Shown: positions 33,595-44,020 of the stretch, piece by piece
Position numbering within the stretch: the stretch's first letter is position 1
Layout of the letters: every line of letters begins with the position of its first letter
DNA from: Eledone cirrhosa
Taxonomy: Eukaryota
NCBI GenBank assembly: GCA_964016885.1
Contig: CAXHJY010001289.1
Coordinates: forward strand, 1-64,000
DNA: 64,000 nucleotides
Direction of reading: 5' to 3'
The notes under the pieces: model-generated
Databases searched by the model: none
The model's input: the letters and a program-made list of their open reading frames with translations, nothing else
What the model was told of the DNA's origin: nothing
Position numbers and translations under genes: made by a program

Positions 33595-36500
33595 ATGGCC
33601 AATATAAGAGTTGGATGTGTGAACGTACGCGGCCTGAGGATGCCCTGGAAACAGGGCAAACTCTTAAACGACCTCAGGTCGCACAGTTTGGATGTGGTAG
33701 CCATTTGCGAGTCCAGGATCCACGGCGAGCGACAGCTGGCCCCCATCTTCGATGACTTTGAGATCTACGCATCTCTCTGTCAACCGGGGGGTGGGGGCGG
33801 AGTTGCCGTTTTGCTGCGGAAACACCTGGGCCTCGTAACACAGACGGTACATCTGGACCCGGAGGGTCGACTGGTGGTCCTAGACGTTGACGGTAGTGAA
33901 GGTGGAGCGTTCAGGCTGGTGGCCGCATATGCCCCATCCGGGACACCGCGGCCAGACTTCTTCAAACGTCTAGAGACTTTTCTGGGAACGTCCCGCTCCT
34001 TGCTTTTAGTGGGGGACTGGAATGGAATCCTAGATGCACGTTGGGACTATGTGGGAGCATGTCCCGATAAAGGGGGGTGTAACAGCCTCAAACAGTTAAT
34101 CGACCGATTTGACCTGGCCGATAGATATCGACTAGATTTTCCGACTGCGCCACTGTGGACGTGGAGTAATCGTAGCGGAACATCTAGATCGTACCTAGAT
34201 AGGGTTCTAGTTAGAAATAAGGATAGGGACATGTTAAGCTGTCCACAAATGTTCATGGTTGCCTATTCAGATCACAAACTAGTGACCTGCATGGCCAACC
34301 TTGATAGAACCCATAGACAAGGACCCGGCTACTGGAAGCTGAACTTGTCGTTACCGACAAGCAAAGCCTACAGTAGACGGATTAGCACTTTAGTTAAACA
34401 GCACTTGACAGGGGCCATTGTCAACAACAGATGGTGGTACTCTCTCAAGAGGGCAGTTAGATTAGACTCGATAGTTTTTAGTAAAGAATTAGCGTTAGAT
34501 AGAAATAGAACCGAGAAGGAACTGGTAGATAAAGTAGAAGAGGCTATTAGAAGTGGCAACGTAGCCAGCGTGCTAGCAACGAGAACGGCCTTGGACCAGT
34601 TCTTCGACGCAAAGCACGAGGGCTGCGTTGTCAGAAGCAAAATACGTGCTCTGGGAAACGAGGGAGCCAAAGCTGTTGGCTGGGCCCGAGTGACGGAGGC
34701 AAAAAGTGGCAACAAGTCCACGATTCGGTCTTTGAAGGACCAAAACGGACGCGTGATACGTGAGCCGAAGCAGATGTGTGCGGCTTTTCAGCGGCACTTT
34801 GCTCGGCTGTTCGGGGGGAGCGGCGCGCCGGGAGAGGCTATGGATTTCGGTCCATACCTCGACGGCCTACCGCGACTCTCGGACAGCGAGGCGAAGTTCT
34901 GCGAAAAGCCGATTTCAGCCACTGAGATAGGGGACGCGCTGAGCCAATGCGGCAAACGCAAATCTCCAGGTCTCGACGGTCTACCCTACGAATTTTACGT
35001 AGCAATGCCGGACTTATTCTCCGGTCTCCTGGAAGCGGTCTACTGCAACTGGCAACAGAACGGGAGAATTCCCAATTCTGTAACCGGGGGCGTGGTCACA
35101 CTAATCAGGAAGGACGAGAATAAGGGGGATGACATAGGCAACTTCCGGCCCATAACTCTGCTAAACACAGAGTTACAGATTTTGGCCAAGGTGTTGGCAA
35201 AGAGGCTGGCGCTTGTCGTCGAGAACCTGGTGGGAGAAGCGCAGACATGCGCGATCCCGACCAGGTCCATACACGACAACCTCCACCTCATGCGATACAT
35301 CATAGAGAGGGTAGGGTGTAAACCCGGCTTCGGTGGGGCCCTGATCAACTTGGATCAGTCTAAGGCTTTCGATAGGGTTGACCATCGTTACCTGGATGCG
35401 GTGCTCGAGGCGGCAGGCTTCGGACCCGTGTTCAGGGGCTGGATTGCTGCAATGCACAACAGCAACATCTGCTCAAGGGTCAAGGTGAACGGTTACCTCT
35501 CGGAGCCGTTCCATATTACGCGATCCATTCGACAGGGATGCCCTCTCTCCTCCCTTCTGTACGTACTGACTCTCGAGCCACTACTGCGGAAGCTGGAGCT
35601 ATTGCAGGGCATCCCTCTGGAACCGGGACTGCGGAAAGCGGCGTCGGCCTACGCCGACGACGTGACAGTAATGGTGTCGAGCGCCTCGCAAATCGAGGAA
35701 GTCGGCACCTTACTAAAGGAATACGAAAGTCTCACAGGAGCGAAGCTGAACCGGGACAAGTCCATCGGTTTGCAACTCGGATCGTGGAGAGGCAGACCGA
35801 TGCCTTCCGATGGCGTCGTCGGACGCTGGACGGAAGGACCGGTAAAGCTGCTCGGGGTCTGGTTTGGTCCGGACCTCCAGGTGGAGAAGAACTGGAACGA
35901 AGTGACGGCCAAGGTGTTTGCACTCACCCAGAAGTGGGCCGAGTGCAAACTATCCTTGAAAGGTCGAGCGGAGGTGGCGAACAGTTTTATAGCGTCCGCC
36001 ATCTACTACCGCTTGACCGTCGTGCCTTGTCCAGCCAAAACGCTCGCCAAAATGGAGCGCGCCCTCTTCCGATTCCTTTGGAAGAGGCGGGCTCCTTTGG
36101 TAAGAAGATCCATCTGCTGCCAACACCCTTCTAACGGAGGGCTGGGGATGCCGTGGTTGACGATGCGCAAACACGCGCTCAGGCTGCGGCATCTCTACGT
36201 ATTCCTCACCGGACAACCGGTGTGGGCCCCGTTCGTGAGGCGAGCCTTCCCACGACTCGTCTCGCTGACCGAGCTGCAGTCCTGGGTCAAGCAGAGACCG
36301 AGGAAAATGGGCGACTGGCACATCGAATGTGCTCAGGCGCTCACAGCCCTCTGGCAGGCGGACCCGGCGATCAGTGGAGACTCCACTTCGTCATTCTATA
36401 GAGGGTTGGTCCGCAGCAAGTGCGACGACGCGCTCGGTGAAACTCTAGGCGTGGAGGAAGATGAACTGGCCAGTCTGTTCGGTAGGACCTTCCGCCCGGG

Positions 36501-37032
36501 ACCGATGGACAACTTCCAAAAGTCCCTGGCCTGGCAGTGCTACCGAGGAGCTCTACCAGTTCGAGACAAGCTCTACAGACATGGGCGCCCGGGCAGGGAC
36601 CCTGCAAAAAAGATCTGTCCGAGGTGCGTGCGAGACGAAGAAACCGTCGCGCACGCATTCATACACTGCCCGGGCGTCACTGACCTGTGGGGCTATGTGG
36701 AACGACTATTGTCGCGGGTGGGACCAATCCAGTTGACCACCGAGTCCATTGTCATGATCAAACCGCCACCCTCCTTCAAAAACGAAGGAGAGGCGGTTTT
36801 CCTTTGTGTGATAGCTATGGCGAAAGAGGTTGTATGGTGGACAAGGTTGAAAGGGCTGAGGTCAGACACCTTTCTCTCCGGCCAACAACTGATTCTTTTT
36901 TTCAAATACCACTTTGGAAGAAGAATCAGGATGGAGAGAGAGGTGCTGTACCCCAGCAAGTTTTATGAAAGGTGGGTGAAAGTGGCGAGAATGGCCCGAG
37001 TGAATGGGCCTTCTCTCTATATCAGCCTGTAG
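33595..37032 (+). CDS. LINE ORF2: APE endonuclease, reverse transcriptase and C-terminal zinc finger (1145 aa)
   Basis: NVRG, GDWN, LDR, SDH (APE); KSPGLDGLP, FRPITLLN, KAFDRVDH, QGCPLS, YADD (RT); CPRC..HAFIHC. Confidence 0.97.
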   Translation: MANIRVGCVNVRGLRMPWKQGKLLNDLRSHSLDVVAICESRIHGERQLAPIFDDFEIYASLCQPGGGGGVAVLLRKHLGLVTQTVHLDPEGRLVVLDVDGSEGGAFRLVAAYAPSGTPRPDFFKRLETFLGTSRSLLLVGDWNGILDARWDYVGACPDKGGCNSLKQLIDRFDLADRYRLDFPTAPLWTWSNRSGTSRSYLDRVLVRNKDRDMLSCPQMFMVAYSDHKLVTCMANLDRTHRQGPGYWKLNLSLPTSKAYSRRISTLVKQHLTGAIVNNRWWYSLKRAVRLDSIVFSKELALDRNRTEKELVDKVEEAIRSGNVASVLATRTALDQFFDAKHEGCVVRSKIRALGNEGAKAVGWARVTEAKSGNKSTIRSLKDQNGRVIREPKQMCAAFQRHFARLFGGSGAPGEAMDFGPYLDGLPRLSDSEAKFCEKPISATEIGDALSQCGKRKSPGLDGLPYEFYVAMPDLFSGLLEAVYCNWQQNGRIPNSVTGGVVTLIRKDENKGDDIGNFRPITLLNTELQILAKVLAKRLALVVENLVGEAQTCAIPTRSIHDNLHLMRYIIERVGCKPGFGGALINLDQSKAFDRVDHRYLDAVLEAAGFGPVFRGWIAAMHNSNICSRVKVNGYLSEPFHITRSIRQGCPLSSLLYVLTLEPLLRKLELLQGIPLEPGLRKAASAYADDVTVMVSSASQIEEVGTLLKEYESLTGAKLNRDKSIGLQLGSWRGRPMPSDGVVGRWTEGPVKLLGVWFGPDLQVEKNWNEVTAKVFALTQKWAECKLSLKGRAEVANSFIASAIYYRLTVVPCPAKTLAKMERALFRFLWKRRAPLVRRSICCQHPSNGGLGMPWLTMRKHALRLRHLYVFLTGQPVWAPFVRRAFPRLVSLTELQSWVKQRPRKMGDWHIECAQALTALWQADPAISGDSTSSFYRGLVRSKCDDALGETLGVEEDELASLFGRTFRPGPMDNFQKSLAWQCYRGALPVRDKLYRHGRPGRDPAKKICPRCVRDEETVAHAFIHCPGVTDLWGYVERLLSRVGPIQLTTESIVMIKPPPSFKNEGEAVFLCVIAMAKEVVWWTRLKGLRSDTFLSGQQLILFFKYHFGRRIRMEREVLYPSKFYERWVKVARMARVNGPSLYISL

Positions 37033-37508
37033 GTTGAGGAAAAGGAGGAGGAGAGGAAGGGAGTACAAGCTCTTCGTACTCCTGGAGATGAGGGTTGCAC
37101 ATTTTTTTCGGGGGTCTGTGTTACCCATATAAACTGTCTCCCTCTATTGGGGAAAATCGACTAACTTTTAAATTCCATCTGTGATAACATTTTACACGTT
37201 TTTATTGTATGTAAACTTCCCCCTTTGTATTTGTCCCCTTCTTTTGTGCCCCTGTGGCTAATAAAGAAATATATCTATCTATCTCACTATCAGTCGTGTG
37301 TCACTTCGCGGAGAAGTTTCCGTTAATTTATGTAAGGAAAAAACGTGAGTTTTTAGTTCAATTTTATATCATTGTGTAACTTGACCACCCGTCTGGACCT
37401 TCAGGTGGTGGGTCAACTCATTTTCGCCCCTACAGGGGCGGAATATCCATTTAAAAAATTTTTCTCCATCGAATCTTGGAAAAAATATTGTAAAATTTTG
37501 ATTACGTT

Positions 37509-39425
37509 ATGAACGCTGCGTCCAACGATAATGGTGGTGGAGAGGCGGTAAGACTACAAAGCTCGCAGTCAACAACGTCTTCTTCACTAGATACTATAGA
37601 GATGGAAAGACAAAATGAAAATAAAAAAACGAATTCACATCCAAACAACACAAATGACACCAAACAGCTCAATGACAACAAAAATAACAGCAAAACCAAT
37701 AATGATGATAAAAGCAACAATGATAACAACAACAAAGAAAAAAATAAAGACAACGCCAATAACACCAGCATCAAAGACAACAACAACACCAAGGAAAATA
37801 CGGATGATACCAACATCGGTGACAACAAGAATAACAACAAGAATAACAACAATAATGACAACACCACCAATACGGATTCCACAAAGAAACCAAAAATCTC
37901 CTTTGCGGAGAAAGTTCAAAAGAAAGAACAATTGATATATCTCGACATAACAAATGCTGAACACCTTTTAAAGGACGCTAAGAGATATGTCACCTTCGAA
38001 AAAAATGGTGCTTTCAGCATCAATTCTCCGGTAGAAATTCGCAAGGAAACTGCTCTCAAAACGATAGTTTTTAGGACAGTTTCCAATTCTACCCGAAAAC
38101 CAGTCCAATTGTCACAGAAAGATATTGAACTGGTTTTCAAAGATTCAATGAATGATATTGCATTCATTCAAAGAAGCAAACTTTTTGGGAGTATTTCGGT
38201 ACTGATGAAGGATCAATTGACGGCCCAAAATTACTCTGTGTCGCCAATTGTATCCAACCTGTACACCTTTTTCCCTACATACATGGGAAAAAGGACACAA
38301 AAGATCAGAATCACAAGTGTCACACCAAAGGTGAACATATGGTGGATACTGTGCGGCTTCATCAATTTTGATGAAGACAGAATACTGTCAGTAGGCAAGT
38401 CCCCCAGAGATGTATTCAATGGGACTAGCATTGAAGTTCTGGTGCAAATGAGCCCAGAGCGAATAGCTATGATCCCACAGCGTGTACTCCTGGACGGACT
38501 TACCTACATAAACCTTTCGGTTGAGGGTAGGCGGCCTTCATGTTACCATTGCTTTAGCAGGGGTCACCTGAGGGCTTCCTGTCCTAAACTAATGAACCAA
38601 AAAAAGGCTCTTCTGCCAACACCCATCAAAACAACACAACCACCAACACCACCACTACAACAACAACACCAACACACAAAAATAACCACAACAAACACAG
38701 TCCCACCCAACCTCACTCCACCTAAAACCACTGCAAAATCACATACAGACACAACAGCTCCCCAAGACATACCCCTCCCCAATCACACAGACGATACAAC
38801 AGATGAGGCTATCTCGCCATCACCCAGTGAAGACGAGGGAGAACCCCATCGCTCGAAAAGAAAGAAAAGACATCACAAAAGCAAAAAACCAGCAAACACT
38901 ACCACAAACATACAACCACCAACACAAACAACAAAAATATCACAAACAAAACCCCCACCTCCTGAAAACAAAATACCTACAACAAAACGAAAGCACACAC
39001 AAGAACTACAGACAAAAACAAACACAACACAAGAAAATTACACTTACACTTACATAAACACTGAAAACAAAACACTAATGGAGACCATTACGAACGACCC
39101 TTCGGTTTTCACCGAAGGGAAAACTTTCGCCCACTCTATAAAAAATAGCAAAAAAATGAACCTAAAACTGATTAGGGTCCCTATACAAACTTATAGGTCC
39201 CTAAAAGAAACATTTGAGAAGGATGTGGGGAATTCCTGCGTGAAACCACTCAACCGCGTCCTTCTCAAATGCCTCCCCACCCCAGACACCCCCATCCCAC
39301 CAGACCCCACCCCACCAAACATCTGCGTCCCCACCCCGCCGGAAATCACCACCCATCCAGACAACCCCTCCAACACCCCCATGGAAATCGTGCGGCCTGG
39401 TCCCCAGGAGGCGAAGGGTGAGTGA
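37509..39425 (+). CDS. LINE ORF1 (638 aa)
   Basis: As copy A with a 12-bp in-frame repeat expansion in the Asn-rich region. Confidence 0.9.
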   Translation: MNAASNDNGGGEAVRLQSSQSTTSSSLDTIEMERQNENKKTNSHPNNTNDTKQLNDNKNNSKTNNDDKSNNDNNNKEKNKDNANNTSIKDNNNTKENTDDTNIGDNKNNNKNNNNNDNTTNTDSTKKPKISFAEKVQKKEQLIYLDITNAEHLLKDAKRYVTFEKNGAFSINSPVEIRKETALKTIVFRTVSNSTRKPVQLSQKDIELVFKDSMNDIAFIQRSKLFGSISVLMKDQLTAQNYSVSPIVSNLYTFFPTYMGKRTQKIRITSVTPKVNIWWILCGFINFDEDRILSVGKSPRDVFNGTSIEVLVQMSPERIAMIPQRVLLDGLTYINLSVEGRRPSCYHCFSRGHLRASCPKLMNQKKALLPTPIKTTQPPTPPLQQQHQHTKITTTNTVPPNLTPPKTTAKSHTDTTAPQDIPLPNHTDDTTDEAISPSPSEDEGEPHRSKRKKRHHKSKKPANTTTNIQPPTQTTKISQTKPPPPENKIPTTKRKHTQELQTKTNTTQENYTYTYINTENKTLMETITNDPSVFTEGKTFAHSIKNSKKMNLKLIRVPIQTYRSLKETFEKDVGNSCVKPLNRVLLKCLPTPDTPIPPDPTPPNICVPTPPEITTHPDNPSNTPMEIVRPGPQEAKGE

Positions 39426-39458
39426 TCTCTTTTCCTCTTTTAACTTTTCAGCACCAAC

Positions 39459-42400
39459 ATGGCCAATATAAGAGTTGGGTGTGTGAATGTACGCGGCCTG
39501 GGGATGCCCTGGAAACAGGGCAAACTCTTAAACGACCTCAGGTCGCACAGTTTGGATGTGGTAGCCATTTGCGAGTCCAGGATCCACGGCGAGCGACAGC
39601 TGGCCCCCATCTTCGATGACTTTGAGATCTACGCATCTCTCTGTCAACCGGGGGGTGGGGGCGGAGTTGCCGTTTTGCTGCGGAAACACCTGGGCCTCGT
39701 AACACAGACGGTACATCTGGACCCGGAGGGTCGACTGGTGGTCCTAGACGTTGACGGTAGTGAAGGTGGAGCGTTCAGGCTGGTGGCCGCATATGCCCCA
39801 TCCGGGACACCGCGGCCAGACTTCTTCAAACGTCTAGAGACTTTTCTGGGAACGTGCCGCTCCTTGCTTTTAGTGGGGGACTGGAATGGAATCCTAGATG
39901 CACGTTGGGACTATGTGGGAGCATGTCCCGATAAAGGGGGGTGTAACAGCCTCAAACAGTTAATCGACCGATTTGACCTGGCCGATAGATATCGACTAGA
40001 TTTTCCGACTGCGCCACTGTGGACGTGGAGTAATCGTAGCGGAACATCTAGATCGTACCTAGATAGGGTTCTAGTTAGAAATAAGGATAGGGACATGTTA
40101 AGCTGTCCACAAATGTTCATGGTTGCCTATTCAGATCACAAACTAGTGACCTGCATGGCCAACCTTGATAGAACCCATAGACAAGGACCCGGCTACTGGA
40201 AGCTGAACTTGTCGTTACCGACAAGCAAAGCCTACAGTAGACGGATTAGCACTTTAGTTAAACAGCACTTGACAGGGGCCATTGTCAACAACAGATGGTG
40301 GTACCCTCTCAAGAGGGCAGTTAGATTAGACTCGATAGTTTTTAGTAAAGAATTAGCGTTAGATAGAAATAGAACCGAGAAGGAACTGGTAGATAAAGTA
40401 GAAGAGGCTATTAGAAGTGGCAACGTAGCCAGCGTGCTAGCAACGAGAACGGCCTTGGACCAGTTCTTCGACGCAAAGCACGAGGGCTGCGTTGTCAGAA
40501 GCAAAATACGTGCTCTGGGAAACGAGGGAGCCAAAGCTGTTAGCTGGGCCCGAGTGACGGAGGCAAAAAGTGGCAACAAGTCCACGATTCGGTCTTTGAA
40601 GGACCAAAACGGACGCGTGATACGTGAGCCGAAGCAGATGTGTGCGGCTTTTCAGCGGCACTTTGCTCGGCTGTTCGGGGGGAGCGGCGCGCCTGGAGAG
40701 GCTATGGATTTCGGTCCATACCTCGACGGCCTACCGCGACTCTCGGACAGCGAGGCGAAGTTCTGCGAAAAGCCGATTTCAGCCACTGAGATAGGGGACG
40801 CGCTGAGCCAATGCGGCAAACGCAAATCTCCAGGTCTCGACGGTCTACCCTACGAATTTTACGTAGCAATGCCGGACTTATTCTCCGGTCTCCTGGAAGC
40901 GGTCTACTGCAACTGGCAACAGAACGGGAGAATTCCCAGTTCTGTAACCGGGGGCGTGGTCACACTAATCAGGAAGGACGAGAATAAGGGGGATGACATA
41001 GGCAACTTCCGGCCCATAACTCTGCTAAACACAGAGTTACAGATTTTGGCCAAGGTGTTGGCAAAGAGGCTGGCGCTTGTCGTCGAGAACCTGGTGGGAG
41101 AAGCGCAGACATGCGCGATCCCGACCAGGTCCATACACGACAACCTCCACCTCATGCGATACATCATAGAGAGGGTAGGGTGTAAACCCGGCTTCGGTGG
41201 GGCCCTGATCAACTTGGATCAGTCTAAGGCTTTCGATAGGGTTGACCATCGTTACCTGGATGCGGTGCTCGAGGCGGCAGGCTTCGGACCCGTGTTCAGG
41301 GGCTGGATTGCTGCAATGCACAACAGCAACATCTGCTCAAGGGTCAAGGTGAACGGTTACCTCTCGGAGCCGTTCCATATTACGCGATCCATTCGACAGG
41401 GATGCCCTCTCTCCTCCCTTCTGTACGTACTGACTCTCGAGCCACTACTGCGGAAGCTGGAGCTATTGCAGGGCATCCCTCTGGAACCGGGACTGCGGAA
41501 AGCGGCGTCGGCCTACGCCGACGACGTAACAGTAATGGTGTCGAGCGCCTCGCAAATCGAGGAAGTCGGCACCTTACTAAAGGAATACGAAAGTCTCACA
41601 GGAGCGAAGCTGAACCGGGACAAGTCCATCGGTTTGCAACTCGGATCGTGGAGAGGCAGACCGATGCCTTCCGATGGTGTCGTCGGACGCTGGACGGAAG
41701 GACCGGTAAAGCTGCTCGGGGTCTGGTTTGGTCCGGACCTCCAGGTGGAGAAGAACTGGAACGAAGTGACGGCCAAGGTGTTTGCACTCACCCAGAAGTG
41801 GGCCGAGTGCAAACTATCCTTGAAAGGTCGAGCGGAGGTGGCGAACACTTTTATAGCGTCCGCCATCTACTACCGCTTGACCGTCGTGCCTTGTCCAGCC
41901 AAAACACTCGCCAAAATGGAGCGCGCCCTCTTCCGATTCCTTTGGAAGAGGCGGGCTCCTTTGGTAAGAAGATCCATCTGCTGCCAACACCCTTCTAACG
42001 GAGGGCTGGGGATGCCGTGGTTGACGATGCGCAAACACGCGCTCAGGCTGCGGCATCTCTACGTATTCCTCACCGGACAACCGGTGTGGGCCCCGTTCGT
42101 GAGGCGAGCCTTCCCACGACTCGTCTCACTGACCGAGCTGCAGTCCTGGGTCAAGCAGAGACCGAGGAAAATGGGCGACTGGCACATCGAATGTGCTCAG
42201 GCGCTCACAGCCCTCTGGCAGGCGGACCCGGCGATCAGTGGAGACTCCACTTCGTCATTCTATAGAGGGTTGGTCCGCAGCAAGTGCGACGACGCGCTCG
42301 GTGAAACTCTAGGCGTGGAGGAAGATGAACTGGCCAGTCTGTTCGGTAGGACCTTCCGCCCGGGACCGATGGACAACTTCCAAAAGTCCCTGGCCTGGCA

Positions 42401-42896
42401 GTGCTACCGAGGAGCTCTACCAGTTCGAGACAAGCTCTACAGACATGGGCGCCCGGGCAGGGACCCTGCAAAAAAGATCTGTCCGAGGTGCGTGCGAGAC
42501 GAAGAAACCGTCGCGCACGCATTCATACACTGCCCGGGCGTCACTGACCTGTGGGGCTATGTAGAACGACTATTGTCGCGGGTGGGACCAATCCAGTTGA
42601 CCACCGAGTCCATTGTCATGATCAAACCGCCACCCTCCTTCAAAAACGAAGGAGAGGCGGTTTTCCTTTGTGTGATAGCTATGGCGAAAGAGGTTGTATG
42701 GTGGACAAGGTTGAAAGGGCTGAGGTCAGACACCTTTCTCTCCGGCCAACAACTGATTCTTTTTTTCAAATACCACTTTGGAAGAAGAATCAGGATGGAG
42801 AGAGAGGTGCTGTACCCCAGCAAGTTTTATGAAAGGTGGGTGAAAGTGGCGAGAATGGCCCGAGTGAATGGGCCTTCTCTCTATATCAGCCTGTAG
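39459..42896 (+). CDS. LINE ORF2 APE-RT-ZnF (1145 aa)
   Basis: Intact; I count 6 amino-acid differences from copy A. Confidence 0.97.
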   Translation: MANIRVGCVNVRGLGMPWKQGKLLNDLRSHSLDVVAICESRIHGERQLAPIFDDFEIYASLCQPGGGGGVAVLLRKHLGLVTQTVHLDPEGRLVVLDVDGSEGGAFRLVAAYAPSGTPRPDFFKRLETFLGTCRSLLLVGDWNGILDARWDYVGACPDKGGCNSLKQLIDRFDLADRYRLDFPTAPLWTWSNRSGTSRSYLDRVLVRNKDRDMLSCPQMFMVAYSDHKLVTCMANLDRTHRQGPGYWKLNLSLPTSKAYSRRISTLVKQHLTGAIVNNRWWYPLKRAVRLDSIVFSKELALDRNRTEKELVDKVEEAIRSGNVASVLATRTALDQFFDAKHEGCVVRSKIRALGNEGAKAVSWARVTEAKSGNKSTIRSLKDQNGRVIREPKQMCAAFQRHFARLFGGSGAPGEAMDFGPYLDGLPRLSDSEAKFCEKPISATEIGDALSQCGKRKSPGLDGLPYEFYVAMPDLFSGLLEAVYCNWQQNGRIPSSVTGGVVTLIRKDENKGDDIGNFRPITLLNTELQILAKVLAKRLALVVENLVGEAQTCAIPTRSIHDNLHLMRYIIERVGCKPGFGGALINLDQSKAFDRVDHRYLDAVLEAAGFGPVFRGWIAAMHNSNICSRVKVNGYLSEPFHITRSIRQGCPLSSLLYVLTLEPLLRKLELLQGIPLEPGLRKAASAYADDVTVMVSSASQIEEVGTLLKEYESLTGAKLNRDKSIGLQLGSWRGRPMPSDGVVGRWTEGPVKLLGVWFGPDLQVEKNWNEVTAKVFALTQKWAECKLSLKGRAEVANTFIASAIYYRLTVVPCPAKTLAKMERALFRFLWKRRAPLVRRSICCQHPSNGGLGMPWLTMRKHALRLRHLYVFLTGQPVWAPFVRRAFPRLVSLTELQSWVKQRPRKMGDWHIECAQALTALWQADPAISGDSTSSFYRGLVRSKCDDALGETLGVEEDELASLFGRTFRPGPMDNFQKSLAWQCYRGALPVRDKLYRHGRPGRDPAKKICPRCVRDEETVAHAFIHCPGVTDLWGYVERLLSRVGPIQLTTESIVMIKPPPSFKNEGEAVFLCVIAMAKEVVWWTRLKGLRSDTFLSGQQLILFFKYHFGRRIRMEREVLYPSKFYERWVKVARMARVNGPSLYISL

Positions 42897-43135
42897 ATTG
42901 AGGAAAAGGAGGAGGAGAGGAAAGGAGTACAAGCTCTTCGTACTCCTGGAGATGAGGGTTGCACATTTTTTTCGGGGGTCTGTGTTACCCATATAAACTG
43001 TCTCCCTCTATTGGGGAAAATCGACTAACTTTTAAATTCCATCTGTGATAACATTTTACACGTTTTTATTGTATGTAAACTTCCCCCTTTGTATTTGTCC
43101 CCTTCTTTTGTGCCCCTGTGGCTAATAAAGAAATA

Positions 43136-43183
<48 letters not shown>

Positions 43184-43184
<1 letters not shown>

Positions 43185-44020
43185 GGCACACTGAGTGTGC
43201 CCAGGCGCTCACCGCCCTCTGGCAGGCGGATCCGGTTATCAGTGGAGACTCCACCGCAACATTCTATAGAGGGCTGGTACGCAGCAGGTGCGACGACGCC
43301 CTCGGAGAAGCCCTAGACATGGAGGAGGACGAACTGGCCAGCCTGTTCGGTAGGACATTCAGCCCGGGACCTATGGACAACTTCCAGAAGTCCCTGGCCT
43401 GGCAGTGCTACCGAGGGGCTTTACCCGTTCGAGAAAGGCTCTACAGACACGGGCGCCCGGGTAGGGACCCCGCCAAAAAGATCTGTCCCAGATGCGTGTG
43501 CGACGAGGAAACCGTTGCACACGCATTGGTACACTGCTCGGGCGTAGCCGATCTGTGGGGCTATGTCGAACAACTGCTGTCAAGGGTGGGACCGATCCGG
43601 TTGACCACCGAGTCTATTGTAATGATCAAGCCGCCTCCCCCCTTCAAAGATGAAGCAGAGGCGGTGTTTCTGTGCGTAATAGCCATGGCGAAAGAGGTTG
43701 TATGGTGGACGCGTCTGAAAGGACTGAGGTCAGGCACCTTTCTCTCTGGCCAACAACTGGTCCGTTTCTTCCGTTATCATTTCGGAAGAAGGATCAGGAT
43801 GGAGAGAGAGGTGCTGCACCCCAGCCGTTTCTATGAAAGATGGGTGAAAGTTGCGAGAATGGCCCGTGTGAATGGGCCTTCACTCTACATCAGACTATAG
43901 GTGAGGAAGATGAAAGACCAAGGGAGCACACCTTCTCTGTGCTCCTGAGGAGAAGGGTTGCACACTTTTTTCGGGGGTGTGTGCGACCCCCCAAGGCGCC
44001 TCCTCTCTATTGAGGATTTT
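43184..44020 (+). mobile_element. 5'-truncated Tx1-like copy C (related subfamily; ORF2 C-terminus to 43900 plus partial 3' UTR)
   Basis: WHTECAQAL...NGPSLYIRL aligns to the ORF2 C-terminus; starts directly after the (ATCT)n tail of B; lacks its own tail. Confidence 0.9.

Larger units (their letters stand above)
31438..37284 (+). mobile_element. Full-length L1/Tx1-clade non-LTR retrotransposon, copy A
   Basis: 5' UTR, ORF1, ORF2, 3' UTR, AATAAA, then an (ATCT)n tail; duplicated with a 5852-bp period. Confidence 0.95.
37290..43183 (+). mobile_element. Full-length L1/Tx1-clade element, copy B
   Basis: Near-identical to copy A; ends AATAAAgaaatat(ATCT)n at ~43136-43184. Confidence 0.95.

Noticed and set aside
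35538-36134. Alternative-frame and antisense ORFs inside LINE ORF2
   Set aside because: Expected shadow ORFs of GC-rich coding sequence; no motifs
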